From: an uncultured Methanosarcinales archaeon
Lineage (GTDB): Archaea; Nanobdellota; Nanobdellia; Woesearchaeales; GW2011-AR9
Direction of reading: 5' to 3'
NCBI GenBank assembly: GCA_964404595.1
Contig: CAYOKQ010000001.1
Coordinates: forward strand, 22,618-71,165
DNA: 48,548 bases
In this document: positions 18,226 through 27,607 of the stretch, one piece after another
Layout of the letters: each line of letters opens with the position of its first letter
How positions within the stretch are numbered: position 1 is the first letter of the stretch
Notes under the pieces: generated by a model
The model's database searches: none
Told to the model about the DNA's origin: nothing
The model's input: the letters and a program-made list of their open reading frames with translations, nothing else
Translations under genes and position numbers: made by a program

Positions 18226-19620
18226 ATGATAGAAGATATCTGTTTAACTATACCAACGTACAGATTGGGCGAGGCTGCAGAAACGGCGTTTATTTATAAA
18301 AAACACTTTGATAGATATGGTCATCGCCAGGTTCCGATTATTCTTTTTGATGATACTGCACTATCTAATGAGATAAGCCGGCAAAAGATAGCTGCGAGAG
18401 GTATATTCTATGTTGGGGCGGCAGAAAAAGCTCGCTTTATAGACGAATTGGTGCAAAGGGTGGGAGTAAAGCATGAAAATATTATCAGACATTTATTGAG
18501 ACCAAGCTACGGAGGAAATAGGAATGTTATTGCTTTGTACACGTTGGGTCAAAAATATATCAGCGTTGATGATGATATGCGCCCCGATGGCCTTGAGTAC
18601 AGACAGAGTGTGAAATTAGGAAAACAAGAAGTATTACGAGGAATTTTCCAGCAAGAGCACACTTTAAATGGACATTTAATGAGACAGGAAAAAGATCTTT
18701 TAAATGAATATTTGCAAGTACTAGGTAAGAGAGTCAAAGACCTGCAGCATACCTATATGCATGGGCGAATTCTTCGAGATTCGATGAATGACCTATTTAC
18801 AAACACCACCACTGCTAAAATAAAGAACAACGTGGAAAACACAGTGGTCGTTGAAGGTGATGAAATAAATCCGGAAGCACGCGTTATCGTTGCGCAGTCA
18901 TTCAAAACAGGAATGGCTGATTTGGATGCTACCGATTTTGCGCAAGACATCTTGGATCCCGAAAATGAAAGTATTAATATTTCAATGAAGTACATTGCGC
19001 AAGGATATCAACCTTGCGTCACTGCAACCAATTGGAGATTTGATACTGGTGTAGCTGGTTACGATAATCGCTTCGGACTGCCCCCTTTTCTCCCAACCAC
19101 TTTAAGAACTGAAGAATACGTTCTACGTCTTCTAGGCCAGCATCCAAATTTTGCAGCTGCTCATATCGGTGCCTCGCAACTGCATTTGCGCGCTGCTACC
19201 CAGAGAAAAAGTTTAGGCTATGATATTTATAATGAAGAGTTGGTGCAGGTTCTGCGCACGAAATTAAGAGGTTTAGTCAGAAAAATAGATGAAACGACTA
19301 TTTTATTTGAGCGCGACGGTCATATTCCGTTGAGAGAAGCACAACGTATGATAGAAAAAGCAATACCATATTATAGTGCAGCAAAAGAAAAAGCCCATAA
19401 ATCTCTGTGTCAAGAACAAAAAGGATATTTTAATCAATTTTCTGATGATTTGGAGGAATATTTTTGTAATTTTGATGCAGCATTATTTCGTCGAGCTGCT
19501 GAAAAAAAGATAAGAACAGAAATTGATACCATTGTTGAAGCGATGCAGATATGGCCAGAAATTTTAGATAAAACATTTAAATTAAAAAAAGCAGATAAGC
19601 TTCGCCTAGTGCGACCATAA
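18226..19620 (+). CDS. GT-A-like glycosyltransferase-related protein with an RGP/GT75-like motif arrangement (tentative)
   Basis: The N-terminal LTIPTYR ... VPIILFDDT and later QKYISVDDDM parallel the IVIPTIR ... IIVQDGD ... KYIFTIDDDC blocks recalled from reversibly glycosylated polypeptides. The ORF track starts at GTG 18223; the ATG is at 18226. Confidence 0.4.
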   Translation: MIEDICLTIPTYRLGEAAETAFIYKKHFDRYGHRQVPIILFDDTALSNEISRQKIAARGIFYVGAAEKARFIDELVQRVGVKHENIIRHLLRPSYGGNRNVIALYTLGQKYISVDDDMRPDGLEYRQSVKLGKQEVLRGIFQQEHTLNGHLMRQEKDLLNEYLQVLGKRVKDLQHTYMHGRILRDSMNDLFTNTTTAKIKNNVENTVVVEGDEINPEARVIVAQSFKTGMADLDATDFAQDILDPENESINISMKYIAQGYQPCVTATNWRFDTGVAGYDNRFGLPPFLPTTLRTEEYVLRLLGQHPNFAAAHIGASQLHLRAATQRKSLGYDIYNEELVQVLRTKLRGLVRKIDETTILFERDGHIPLREAQRMIEKAIPYYSAAKEKAHKSLCQEQKGYFNQFSDDLEEYFCNFDAALFRRAAEKKIRTEIDTIVEAMQIWPEILDKTFKLKKADKLRLVRP

Positions 19621-19684
19621 AAGTATGTTTTTTACTGTTATATACCATCAAAAATATTATAAATAGCCATTGATCTGAATATAC

Positions 19685-20803
19685 ATGAGAATCCTTCATA
19701 CCATCTCCCCTTTGGGTTACCATGTGGAAGAAAACAATCTGGGAGGTACAGAACAGATTGCATACTTATTGGATAAAGGACTCCTCGAAAAGGGATATTC
19801 TTCAAACATGATCGCCAGAAGAGGAAGCCAATTATATAACGATCATTTCGGAAAAAGATTGATTCCTTTGCTCGGAGATAATATTGATATTGGCAGATGT
19901 TCCGCTAATCAGATACAGTTTTTGACTGCAATTAGATGTGCAACAGAATTAGAAGAAGCACAAAGCGGCAAGTATGATATAATCCACAGCCATTCAACAG
20001 ATATAATGCGTTTTGGCAAGATCATTCCTATCCCCATTGTAACGACACTTCATTTTCCGATAGAATGGTACTGGAACCCGCAAGTATTAGGCCAATGCAG
20101 CTTTGAAAACAACCACTTCGTAGCTATTAGTGAATCACAAAGAAAAGCATATTGTGATTTAGGATATGAGATTAATCATGTGATTTATAATGGCGTGGAT
20201 ACCAGATTATTTCCTTTTGGGGAAAATAAAATGAACTATATTCTTAGTTTGGGAAGAATATCACAAGAAAAAGGGCATGATATAGCAATACAAATTGCCA
20301 AAAAATTGGGGATAAACTTGGTTATTGCTGGCTGCCCCTCAAATTATCAAGAAGATGAGAAAGATTTTCAACAAATTATAGGCCAGGTAACCGAAGATTG
20401 GTCGAAGAACAAAGAAAAATTATTGCAATGTGGTGATTTAGCAAATGGCAGTAACAGAATAATATATTTTGGTGCAGCAAATAACGAAGAGAAAAAAAAA
20501 CTTTTTGCATACGCAAAGGCTTTTCTCGCCCCCATAAAATGGGAAGAACCATTTGGATTGGCCCTCATAGAAGCAATGGTGTGTGGAACCCCCGTTATAG
20601 CATTTAATCGAGGGGCAGTTCCTGAAATAGTTCTGGATGGTGAAACAGGCTATATCGTTGATACTATTGAAGAAATGGTACAAGCAGTTAAGCAAGCACA
20701 GAAGATAAGTCCATTAGCATGCAGAAATCACGTAGATCAAAAATTTTCTTTAGAACGAATGGTGAATGGATACGTAGATTTATATAAAACCCTTCTTGGT
20801 TAG
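19685..20803 (+). CDS. glycosyltransferase family 4 (GT-B, RfaG-like)
   Basis: The C-terminal signature EEPFGLALIEAMVCGTPVIAFNRGAVPEIVLDGETGYIV carries the E-x7-E motif. Confidence 0.85.
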   Translation: MRILHTISPLGYHVEENNLGGTEQIAYLLDKGLLEKGYSSNMIARRGSQLYNDHFGKRLIPLLGDNIDIGRCSANQIQFLTAIRCATELEEAQSGKYDIIHSHSTDIMRFGKIIPIPIVTTLHFPIEWYWNPQVLGQCSFENNHFVAISESQRKAYCDLGYEINHVIYNGVDTRLFPFGENKMNYILSLGRISQEKGHDIAIQIAKKLGINLVIAGCPSNYQEDEKDFQQIIGQVTEDWSKNKEKLLQCGDLANGSNRIIYFGAANNEEKKKLFAYAKAFLAPIKWEEPFGLALIEAMVCGTPVIAFNRGAVPEIVLDGETGYIVDTIEEMVQAVKQAQKISPLACRNHVDQKFSLERMVNGYVDLYKTLLG

Positions 20804-20808
20804 CGATT

Positions 20809-21915
20809 ATGCTTTCCTACCTCTCTCGTGTCAAATCAGCTTTTTTTATTTTGCTGGCGCACGATACGCTTACGGCATTTTCTTTTTCATTTATTTTTCT
20901 CTTTTTTCAACAACAAGGTTATTCTCCCTGGTGGATGATCCTGGGCTACGTGCTTTATTCGGCTCTGGGCATAATGCTTACCTATGCCGTGAAGGTGTTT
21001 TATCTGCGTTTATTTCTTATCATAAGCTTTGTGGGGTACTCGCTTCTTTCATTTGTGCTCTACTTGAATCCATGGCAAGGGCCCCTACTTTATGGTGCAA
21101 TACTGTCTCTTCCGCTTATTTTTTTCTGGATCCCACTCAATTATCTTTTTTTTAAGACTTCAACCAAAGAAAATCATGCTCTTAATTCTTCTCTGTTCAT
21201 GGTCGTTCCGGGAATTATTTCTATTATCATGCCGCCATTGGGTGCATGGGTCATCCACAACTATGGTTATTCCTGGCTGTTTATCATCACCAGCCTGATG
21301 TTTCTTCTTCCCATCCTGATAGTGGCTTTCAAAATTCCAGAGGAAAAAATAACCACCAGCACCACCATAGGAACATTAAATTATAAAGGCCTGCGCACCA
21401 TCACTTTTTGCGAAGGTGCACTGCATTTCTTTACCGGAGTGATTATTCCCATTTATGCGCTGTTCTTTTTTACCCAGGTGAAGGAAGTGGGCTGGTTTTA
21501 TAGTTATCTTGGCGCGCTGGGGTTGATCATATCCATCCTGGTTTCCTACCACTCCGACAAAACGCAGCAACGCAAGAAACACTTATTCCTGTTATTCTTT
21601 CTGCTCACCATTATCACAATTATATTGGCATTTATACATACTGTTTCCGGCTGGCTTATTGCCATTGGCATTTTTACCATAATATATACTATCTCATCTC
21701 CCTTACGGCTGGCCATTTCCATGGATACAAAGAAAATGGACCTGGAATTTTGGAAAATGCGGGAAATATTTCTCAATGCCGGACGATTTGTGACCTTGAG
21801 CTTATCAGCAATTTTCTTTTACTATGAGCTATATTGGACAGTATTTGTGATGTTTGGAATCATAACTGCAGTATATCCCTTTTTAATTTATCATAAGTTG
21901 AAAGAAATAGGCTAG
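20809..21915 (+). CDS. MFS-like multi-pass membrane transporter
   Basis: About 10-12 hydrophobic helices run along its length, with a central basic loop (HSDKTQQRKKH). It starts 5 nt after the GT4 gene. Confidence 0.6.
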   Translation: MLSYLSRVKSAFFILLAHDTLTAFSFSFIFLFFQQQGYSPWWMILGYVLYSALGIMLTYAVKVFYLRLFLIISFVGYSLLSFVLYLNPWQGPLLYGAILSLPLIFFWIPLNYLFFKTSTKENHALNSSLFMVVPGIISIIMPPLGAWVIHNYGYSWLFIITSLMFLLPILIVAFKIPEEKITTSTTIGTLNYKGLRTITFCEGALHFFTGVIIPIYALFFFTQVKEVGWFYSYLGALGLIISILVSYHSDKTQQRKKHLFLLFFLLTIITIILAFIHTVSGWLIAIGIFTIIYTISSPLRLAISMDTKKMDLEFWKMREIFLNAGRFVTLSLSAIFFYYELYWTVFVMFGIITAVYPFLIYHKLKEIG

Positions 21916-22667
21916 ATCCCAAATACCATCTTTCGTATTGCCAACACCCGGGGCACATATTGCCTGTTCGCCGCCGAGTTGCCACGAAGATACCAGTAAG
22001 AAATTTCTCGTTCCCGACGAAGCAAACTAACGAGTCTATTTCGTCCGCAGTGATATGCGGCCAGAGCATTCTCCATAGAGGTATTAGTGTCAACGTTATA
22101 TTCCTGGACAAAAAAATCACGATGCTGGGCCACAATTCTAGCAGCAGCAGCAATAGCTTTGAAAGGGTTCTTTCGCTCGTCTATTGATTCGTCTACACGC
22201 AGTCCTGCTTCTTGAGCAGTTGCCTTCAGAAGTTGCGCAATGCCTACGGCTCCGCGAGGCGAGCGAGCATCAATTTTAAATGCACTTTCTAGTAACAGCA
22301 GAGAATACAAATCGTCGTAGCGCACGTTATAACGCTCAGACGCACTTTTTATATTTTCTTCAAATGCACTTGCCCGGCGTCGTGCAGATCGTATAAATCC
22401 TCCATGTCGATACAATGCAGAGGCTTGCTCTATTCGTTTGCGCCTTTCTTCCTTTTGGTGATGATGACGAGCCCATTCAAAATACTTTATAGTCGGTTGT
22501 ATAATCCTGGGCAGTGTTTGACCATCATAAATCTCTTCTGCGATGCTGTATACTGGCTGAATATTTCGATAATCCCGAGCATTCTGGGTGGCCCAGGCAC
22601 AGTGGTGGTCAGTCTGCGTAGATAGCCCAATACTGATTACCACGTGCAAACAGGTTCTGCGATCCAT
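21912..22667 (-). CDS. lytic transglycosylase (SLT domain) protein
   Basis: LLLESAFKIDARSPRGAVGIAQLLKATAQEAGL carries the catalytic ES...S..GA.G.(M)Q motif, and AAYHCG follows later. The N-terminus MDRRTCLHVVISIGLS looks signal-like, with a twin Arg. Confidence 0.8.
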   Translation of the reverse strand: MDRRTCLHVVISIGLSTQTDHHCAWATQNARDYRNIQPVYSIAEEIYDGQTLPRIIQPTIKYFEWARHHHQKEERRKRIEQASALYRHGGFIRSARRRASAFEENIKSASERYNVRYDDLYSLLLLESAFKIDARSPRGAVGIAQLLKATAQEAGLRVDESIDERKNPFKAIAAAARIVAQHRDFFVQEYNVDTNTSMENALAAYHCGRNRLVSLLRREREISYWYLRGNSAANRQYVPRVLAIRKMVFGI

Positions 22668-22787
22668 GCCTGTTTAATGAGTTCCCACATATATAATTTG
22701 AGCCCATATACCCAAATATTCCAGTGGAGATTTCTTAACATAACCGAGCAGATCAGCTAAAGTTCTTCTCATTTCAATCCTTCCCTT

Positions 22788-23105
22788 TTACAGTTCCCGC
22801 CTGAACGCTTGTATCCTTTCTTCCTGCTCAATGTATGCTTGGCAGATGGCCACGTGCAATCCATCCACGCCAATCTCCTCTCTTTTAATCCGATATATTA
22901 ATTCATCATTCCAATTGCTTATTTTTCTTTCTATCTCACCACGCGGAGTGCGTGCCAATTCTTCCAGAATGCCATGAGGAATAATGTAATTAATTTCTGC
23001 ACCAGCTCTTTCTTTGATATATACTATATGGTCTTCAACTGAAGAAGGATGATAATCAATCTTTAATCGTTCGTCTTGATAAAGTGGCTTTTGATCCATT
23101 TTCAC
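22788..23105 (-). CDS. hypothetical protein (105 aa)
   Basis: ORF whose start overlaps the stop of the upstream gene by 4 nt. Confidence 0.45.
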   Translation of the reverse strand: MKMDQKPLYQDERLKIDYHPSSVEDHIVYIKERAGAEINYIIPHGILEELARTPRGEIERKISNWNDELIYRIKREEIGVDGLHVAICQAYIEQEERIQAFRREL

Positions 23106-23686
23106 TGCACACAGTCATGCTTCCTAAACCCTTTCTCTACCGCATCTTTTTTGTCGTCAAACCACAGTTGCCGCGACTTTTCGATTTTCTTCGCCCATTC
23201 ACATTTTGGCTCATGATACACGTTGCTGTTCTTACTGGCAACATATTTTGCCGGTGAATAGGTTGTAGCAGGTTTTGATTCTGTTTTTGAATCGACTTTG
23301 GGCTCTTCAAAGATCATGCTGTGCAATTCTTCTTTTTTCTTGGGTGCCCTTTTTTTTTGGCGAGGAAAAGAAAGCACCAAGCCGATAAGGGCTAAGACCA
23401 TCAATACCAAATAAAAATTTTCTTTAAAGTACCATACCAACGCCAAATTAAGCAGATAGAGTGAAAATACGGCAAAGAAAAGCGGCTTTCCCCAGGACTC
23501 ATAGAAGACGAATCCTGCCAGGGAAAGAATTAAGAGCGCCAGCAGGCCGATGAATTCGAGAAGAAAGAAATATCGGCCGCCAGAACTAAGCACTTCCACC
23601 AATCCATACAATAACAAGATAAGCAGTGCAGCATATGAGACTAGAAAAATTAACGATTTATTTTTGTGCATAGTGCCAGCGAACAA
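23102..23686 (-). CDS. membrane protein with a C-terminal Cys/His small domain
   Basis: Four TM helices are followed by YHEPKCEWAKKI...AVEKGFRKHDC. This pattern (YH..C....A...G.r.C) resembles small metal-binding tails seen on prokaryotic membrane proteins. Confidence 0.55.
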   Translation of the reverse strand: MFAGTMHKNKSLIFLVSYAALLILLLYGLVEVLSSGGRYFFLLEFIGLLALLILSLAGFVFYESWGKPLFFAVFSLYLLNLALVWYFKENFYLVLMVLALIGLVLSFPRQKKRAPKKKEELHSMIFEEPKVDSKTESKPATTYSPAKYVASKNSNVYHEPKCEWAKKIEKSRQLWFDDKKDAVEKGFRKHDCVQ

Positions 23687-23745
23687 AAGGCGCTATTTAA
23701 GTATTTCTATTATGGAGTGGTTATACTCCAACATACTCATTGGAA

Positions 23746-24063
23746 TCAAAATTCATTATCTAAACCTTTCAAGAAACCTTTTTTCTTCAGGTAATCAACT
23801 TCAGCCTTACCACGGTACTTATAAACAACATCGCCTTTTTCATCGCCACCTAGTTCCCACGGTTCTACCAGAACGACATCATTCTCGCGCACCCATAGCT
23901 CCCTTCGTAATCTTCCGGGAATGCGGCAAATCCTTTCTTTGCTGTCCAGACAAAGGACCCGCATACGGCTACCGCCTAAACGCTGCTGCACCACGCCCAG
24001 GATTTCTTTCCCCCGGGGAATGCGTACACGAATAAGTTGTTCTTCAGGTTGTTGTTCTGGCAT
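23746..24063 (-). CDS. eif1a: translation initiation factor aIF-1A
   Basis: The S1/OB core is RVRIPRGKEILGVVQQRLGGSRMRVLCLDSKERICRIPGRLRRELWVRENDVVLVEPWE...GDVVYKY. The ORF track extends to 24114; the ATG at 24063 (MPEQQPEE...) gives the usual ~105 aa. Confidence 0.88.
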   Translation of the reverse strand: MPEQQPEEQLIRVRIPRGKEILGVVQQRLGGSRMRVLCLDSKERICRIPGRLRRELWVRENDVVLVEPWELGGDEKGDVVYKYRGKAEVDYLKKKGFLKGLDNEF

Positions 24064-24166
24064 TAAAGCGTAATAAAGAGGGTATTTTATAAAGCTTTCA
24101 TCAGAGAAAAGCATATAAACAACTGCCCTTCCAAATTCTATTCAAAAAGGGGAGAGATACTGTTCT

Positions 24167-25009
24167 ATGGCTAAACGAGTGGAATCACCATCGTCCATCA
24201 ATACCTTCAAGCATTGCCCCCGTAAATATTATTACCAATACATTGAAAAGCTGCCCACACTCCCAAATATTCATCAGGTGCGGGGAAATATCGCCCACTC
24301 TACTTTAGAAAATTTTTACAACATTGATGTTTCATCATTTACTGCTAACAATGTGGCGCAGAAAGTTCAATCAGCAATTCAAGCCCTCTTTTTCCATTAC
24401 TGGCAACATTATAAAGGAGAATTGCAGAAATTAGAATTAAGCAAAGACCGGGAACGTTTCTATTTTGAAGAGACCATGCTTATGCTGATGAATTGGGCCA
24501 ATCATTTCGTCGAAGATGTGCGCACCACCATAAAAACAAAGAATATGAGCGTGCAGGAGGCATTTCAATTGCTAACTCCCCTTCGCGAGCAGAAATTTGT
24601 GTCAGATCATTACTCAGTCCAAGGTTTTGTTGACGCCATCCATCAGCTTGAAGACGAGGTCCATATTATTGATTACAAAACGAATGCCAGCTTGGAATTA
24701 AAGGACGAGCAAAAACTGCAGTTAGCTATTTATTGTTTGCTGTACTTTGAAAAGTATGGAAATATCCCTTCCAAAGCAGGCATTTTCTTTTTACGGCATA
24801 AGTTGAAGTTGATGAATGTGGATGAGCAGTTGCTCGAATTAGCAAGGCGTGAGATCAGTTTGATCCACGGCCATACCTCTGAGTACAGCCATATCGATGA
24901 GTATCATCGCAAGCCAGGGCCGCTGTGCAAGTGGAGTTCGGGACGATGTGATTTCTATGAGGTGTGCAAGCCGTTTGACGGGAAGAATGAGATAAACGGC
25001 AAGGGATAA
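24167..25009 (+). CDS. Cas4/RecB-like PD-(D/E)XK exonuclease with a 4-Cys cluster
   Basis: An N-terminal Cys lies in SINTFKHCPRKYYYQY. The nuclease core is GFVDAIHQ...VHIIDYKT. Three C-terminal Cys residues (CKWSSGRCDFYEVC) complete the Fe-S pattern of the Cas4/AddB nuclease type. Confidence 0.8.
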   Translation: MAKRVESPSSINTFKHCPRKYYYQYIEKLPTLPNIHQVRGNIAHSTLENFYNIDVSSFTANNVAQKVQSAIQALFFHYWQHYKGELQKLELSKDRERFYFEETMLMLMNWANHFVEDVRTTIKTKNMSVQEAFQLLTPLREQKFVSDHYSVQGFVDAIHQLEDEVHIIDYKTNASLELKDEQKLQLAIYCLLYFEKYGNIPSKAGIFFLRHKLKLMNVDEQLLELARREISLIHGHTSEYSHIDEYHRKPGPLCKWSSGRCDFYEVCKPFDGKNEINGKG

Positions 25010-25044
25010 GCATAGACACAAAAGAGAAGAATGCTTTAAAAAAG

Positions 25045-25956
25045 TTATCCATTTAAAGCCTGAAAACTCATCTGAATAATATCTTTATAGATATCAACAT
25101 TCTGCAATACAAAGGTTTCCACCAGCGCTCCCAGAACGAGAAAGATTAAAGCAAACAACAGAAGATATAAGTTAAAACCAAACACTTCCCAAAACCGTGA
25201 AGAAGAAAAATCTTCCAGCAGCACATCCTTAGAAATAACTGATCCGGAAATTGCAGCGAGAAAATAAGATATTCCCTCCAGAATCATGTGGGGAAATACC
25301 ACCAGCATAATTATGCCAAAAAAATAGAGGGGGTGTTCTCCGGCAAAAAGAGCCGCATTCTTGGCAGTGATTCCAAAGATGGCTCCCCATACCGAGGCAT
25401 TCCAGGTAATAAGAAAAATAGCCCCGTCACCGGTTAGCAGCGCCAGAATAAAGCAAGCTAGCAACACTAAAAAATTGTTGCTCAGCAAACCCAGAAATAA
25501 TTCACTGGTGAAGATGCCGGCGGTGGCATTTCCCGCAAAACCTTGACCAAAGCGAATCTCCAATTGTTCACGAAATAAATTATTGGTTTGAAATTCCGGC
25601 AGAAGCATGGTGCCGACAGAGTATACCAAGAGAATGCCTAAAAATAAAAACACGTAAATGCGCACCACTTCAATATCATCTCGCCACAAGCCAAGCAATG
25701 ATACTTTTTGTTCCATCGACTGCTGCCGTTCTTCGATGGCGAAAATCTTATACATCTCCGGCAGCAACAGCATAGATGTAAAGGCTACTGCCACTAATGC
25801 AGGATCTCCCGGAAATAAGACCGTGGCAATGAGAAGGGCTATGATAGAATACATTACACCGAGAATAAACGCATATCTTCCTTTGTGTTCCAGCCAATCT
25901 TCAGGAAAGATATGTTCTAGTACCATATGCACCTCTTTTTGGAACAAATGAAGCAA
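25045..25956 (-). CDS. SpoIIM-like (DUF95) integral membrane protein
   Basis: Multi-TM protein. LSNNFLVLLACFILALLTGDGAIFLITWNASVWGAIFG resembles the DUF95 core. Confidence 0.55.
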   Translation of the reverse strand: MLHLFQKEVHMVLEHIFPEDWLEHKGRYAFILGVMYSIIALLIATVLFPGDPALVAVAFTSMLLLPEMYKIFAIEERQQSMEQKVSLLGLWRDDIEVVRIYVFLFLGILLVYSVGTMLLPEFQTNNLFREQLEIRFGQGFAGNATAGIFTSELFLGLLSNNFLVLLACFILALLTGDGAIFLITWNASVWGAIFGITAKNAALFAGEHPLYFFGIIMLVVFPHMILEGISYFLAAISGSVISKDVLLEDFSSSRFWEVFGFNLYLLLFALIFLVLGALVETFVLQNVDIYKDIIQMSFQALNG

Positions 25957-25990
25957 TAAGTATTTATATAACTTCCGCCTTAGTAAAAGG

Positions 25991-26290
25991 ATGGTGGCTT
26001 ACAAAGCAAAGAGTGTTACGATCAGCAGAAAACCTGCTGAAAAGAAAGACGGTACTTGGAGCGCATTTATCGGCCTATTCGATGAGAACAATCCTCATTT
26101 AAAAGCCAAAGCCCCCATTAAAGTCGTGGAGATGAAAGGGATCGACAAAGTGCGCATACGCGATCTACGCAATATTTCCTATTATCTGACCGGCAATGAT
26201 ATTGTAATTAACAATTTGGTGGAGTTGAACATTGATGTTAAGGACAGCATCATGACTCTGACGGGAAAACAGGAACTGCCGCAGAAATGA
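25991..26290 (+). CDS. hypothetical protein (99 aa)
   Basis: ORF with a TATA-like TATTTATATA about 30 nt upstream. Confidence 0.45.
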   Translation: MVAYKAKSVTISRKPAEKKDGTWSAFIGLFDENNPHLKAKAPIKVVEMKGIDKVRIRDLRNISYYLTGNDIVINNLVELNIDVKDSIMTLTGKQELPQK

Positions 26291-26306
26291 TAGGGAAATC
26301 CTAAAA

Positions 26307-26625
26307 TCACCTGTGCCAGTTAATCGTTTCTAGATCTATTTTATTGAAGTCATATATTTTTCTCTCTTCCAGGTCATAAAACGAATTTTGAAAATTTATC
26401 TTTAACTTCGGAAGATTTTTGATCAGAATACAAATAAAGAAAATCGGTATAAATAATATTGAGACCAACAAGCGGTTTGATAATTTTGTTCGGGCTAAAA
26501 ATGCGCAGATGCTCCCAAACTTGCCTGGCACTCTGGCTGGTAGAAATTCTACTCATAGAAATGGGAAATACCAGAATACCTTCCTCGGGCGGCAACTTAT
26601 TGATGATAAAAAGCCACTCACCCAC
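26307..26625 (-). pseudogene. possible frameshifted small gene (two overlapping minus-strand ORFs in different frames)
   Basis: ORF 26374..26625 ends at ...SSEVKDKFSKFVL. ORF 26307..26531, in another frame, continues sensibly as ...NSFYDLEERKIYDFNKIDLETINWHR. Together they fill an otherwise empty 385-nt gap. Confidence 0.3.
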
Positions 26626-26675
26626 TCGACAACCTCGGTCAAAGTATATAAAGGGGTATTCTCCTCAAGTATTAC

Positions 26676-27575
26676 ATGAAAAGTTTATTGTTTAAGAATA
26701 AGGAGTACCTGCAACTTATTCAGAAAATTAAGAACGAAGTGAATTTGGTCCAGTTGAAAGCAGTTCTTTTAGTGAATAAAGAACTTCTGCGCTTATATTG
26801 GAATATTGGAAAAGCTATTGCTGAAAAACAGGAACAAAGCGAGTGGGGTGATTCGGTGGTTGAGGCAATTGCTCATGATTTACGTAAAGAATTCCCCCAG
26901 ATGAAAGGTTTTTCCAGGTCAAACTTGTTTAATATGCTCCAGTGGTATACTTTTTATGCTAAAAGGGGGGAGAAAGTCCAACAGCTTGTTGGACAATTAC
27001 CATGGGGCCATAATGTAGCTATTATTAATAAAATTAAAAAAACTGAAGAAGCGCTATTTTATGTCCAACAAAGCATAAAAAATAATTGGTCGAGAAATAC
27101 TTTAATTCATCAAATCGAACAAGAATTGTATCACCGGGTAGGCAAAATAACCCATAACTTTATAGAAACGTTGCCACCATCCCAATCAGACCTAGCACAG
27201 CAAACCCTTAAAGACCCTTACGTGTTTGATTTTCTTTGCCTGAGAGACAAAGCACAAGAGAAAGAAATAGAGAAAGAACTTACCAAACACATCACTAAAT
27301 TTTTGCTTGAATTGGGAGCTGGTTTTTCTTTTGTTGGTACACAATATCTTTTAGAAGTTTCTGGTAAAGATTTCTTCATTGATCTTCTATTTTATCACTT
27401 AAAATTACGCTGTTATGTAGTTATCGAATTAAAAACTGGAGAATTCAGGCCAGAATACGCTGGAAAAGTTAATTTTTATCTTTCAGCAATAGACAATCTC
27501 ATCAAAGGTAAGCATGATAACCCCTCAATAGGTATAATTTTATGTAAGAGTAAGGATAAAGTAATAGCAGAGTAA
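26676..27575 (+). CDS. DUF1016 (YhcG-like) PDDEXK nuclease-family protein, probably C-terminally truncated
   Basis: The N-terminus VNKELLRLYWNIGKAIAEKQEQSEWGDSVVEAIAHDLRKEFPQMKGFSRSNLFNMLQWY is typical of DUF1016. The nuclease core is IDLLFYHLKLRCYVVIELKTGEF. The protein stops right after ILCKSKDKVIAE, where family members normally continue. Confidence 0.75.
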   Translation: MKSLLFKNKEYLQLIQKIKNEVNLVQLKAVLLVNKELLRLYWNIGKAIAEKQEQSEWGDSVVEAIAHDLRKEFPQMKGFSRSNLFNMLQWYTFYAKRGEKVQQLVGQLPWGHNVAIINKIKKTEEALFYVQQSIKNNWSRNTLIHQIEQELYHRVGKITHNFIETLPPSQSDLAQQTLKDPYVFDFLCLRDKAQEKEIEKELTKHITKFLLELGAGFSFVGTQYLLEVSGKDFFIDLLFYHLKLRCYVVIELKTGEFRPEYAGKVNFYLSAIDNLIKGKHDNPSIGIILCKSKDKVIAE

Positions 27576-27607
27576 AAAGCTCAGTTATAAAAGAAAATGA
27601 GAAAAAG

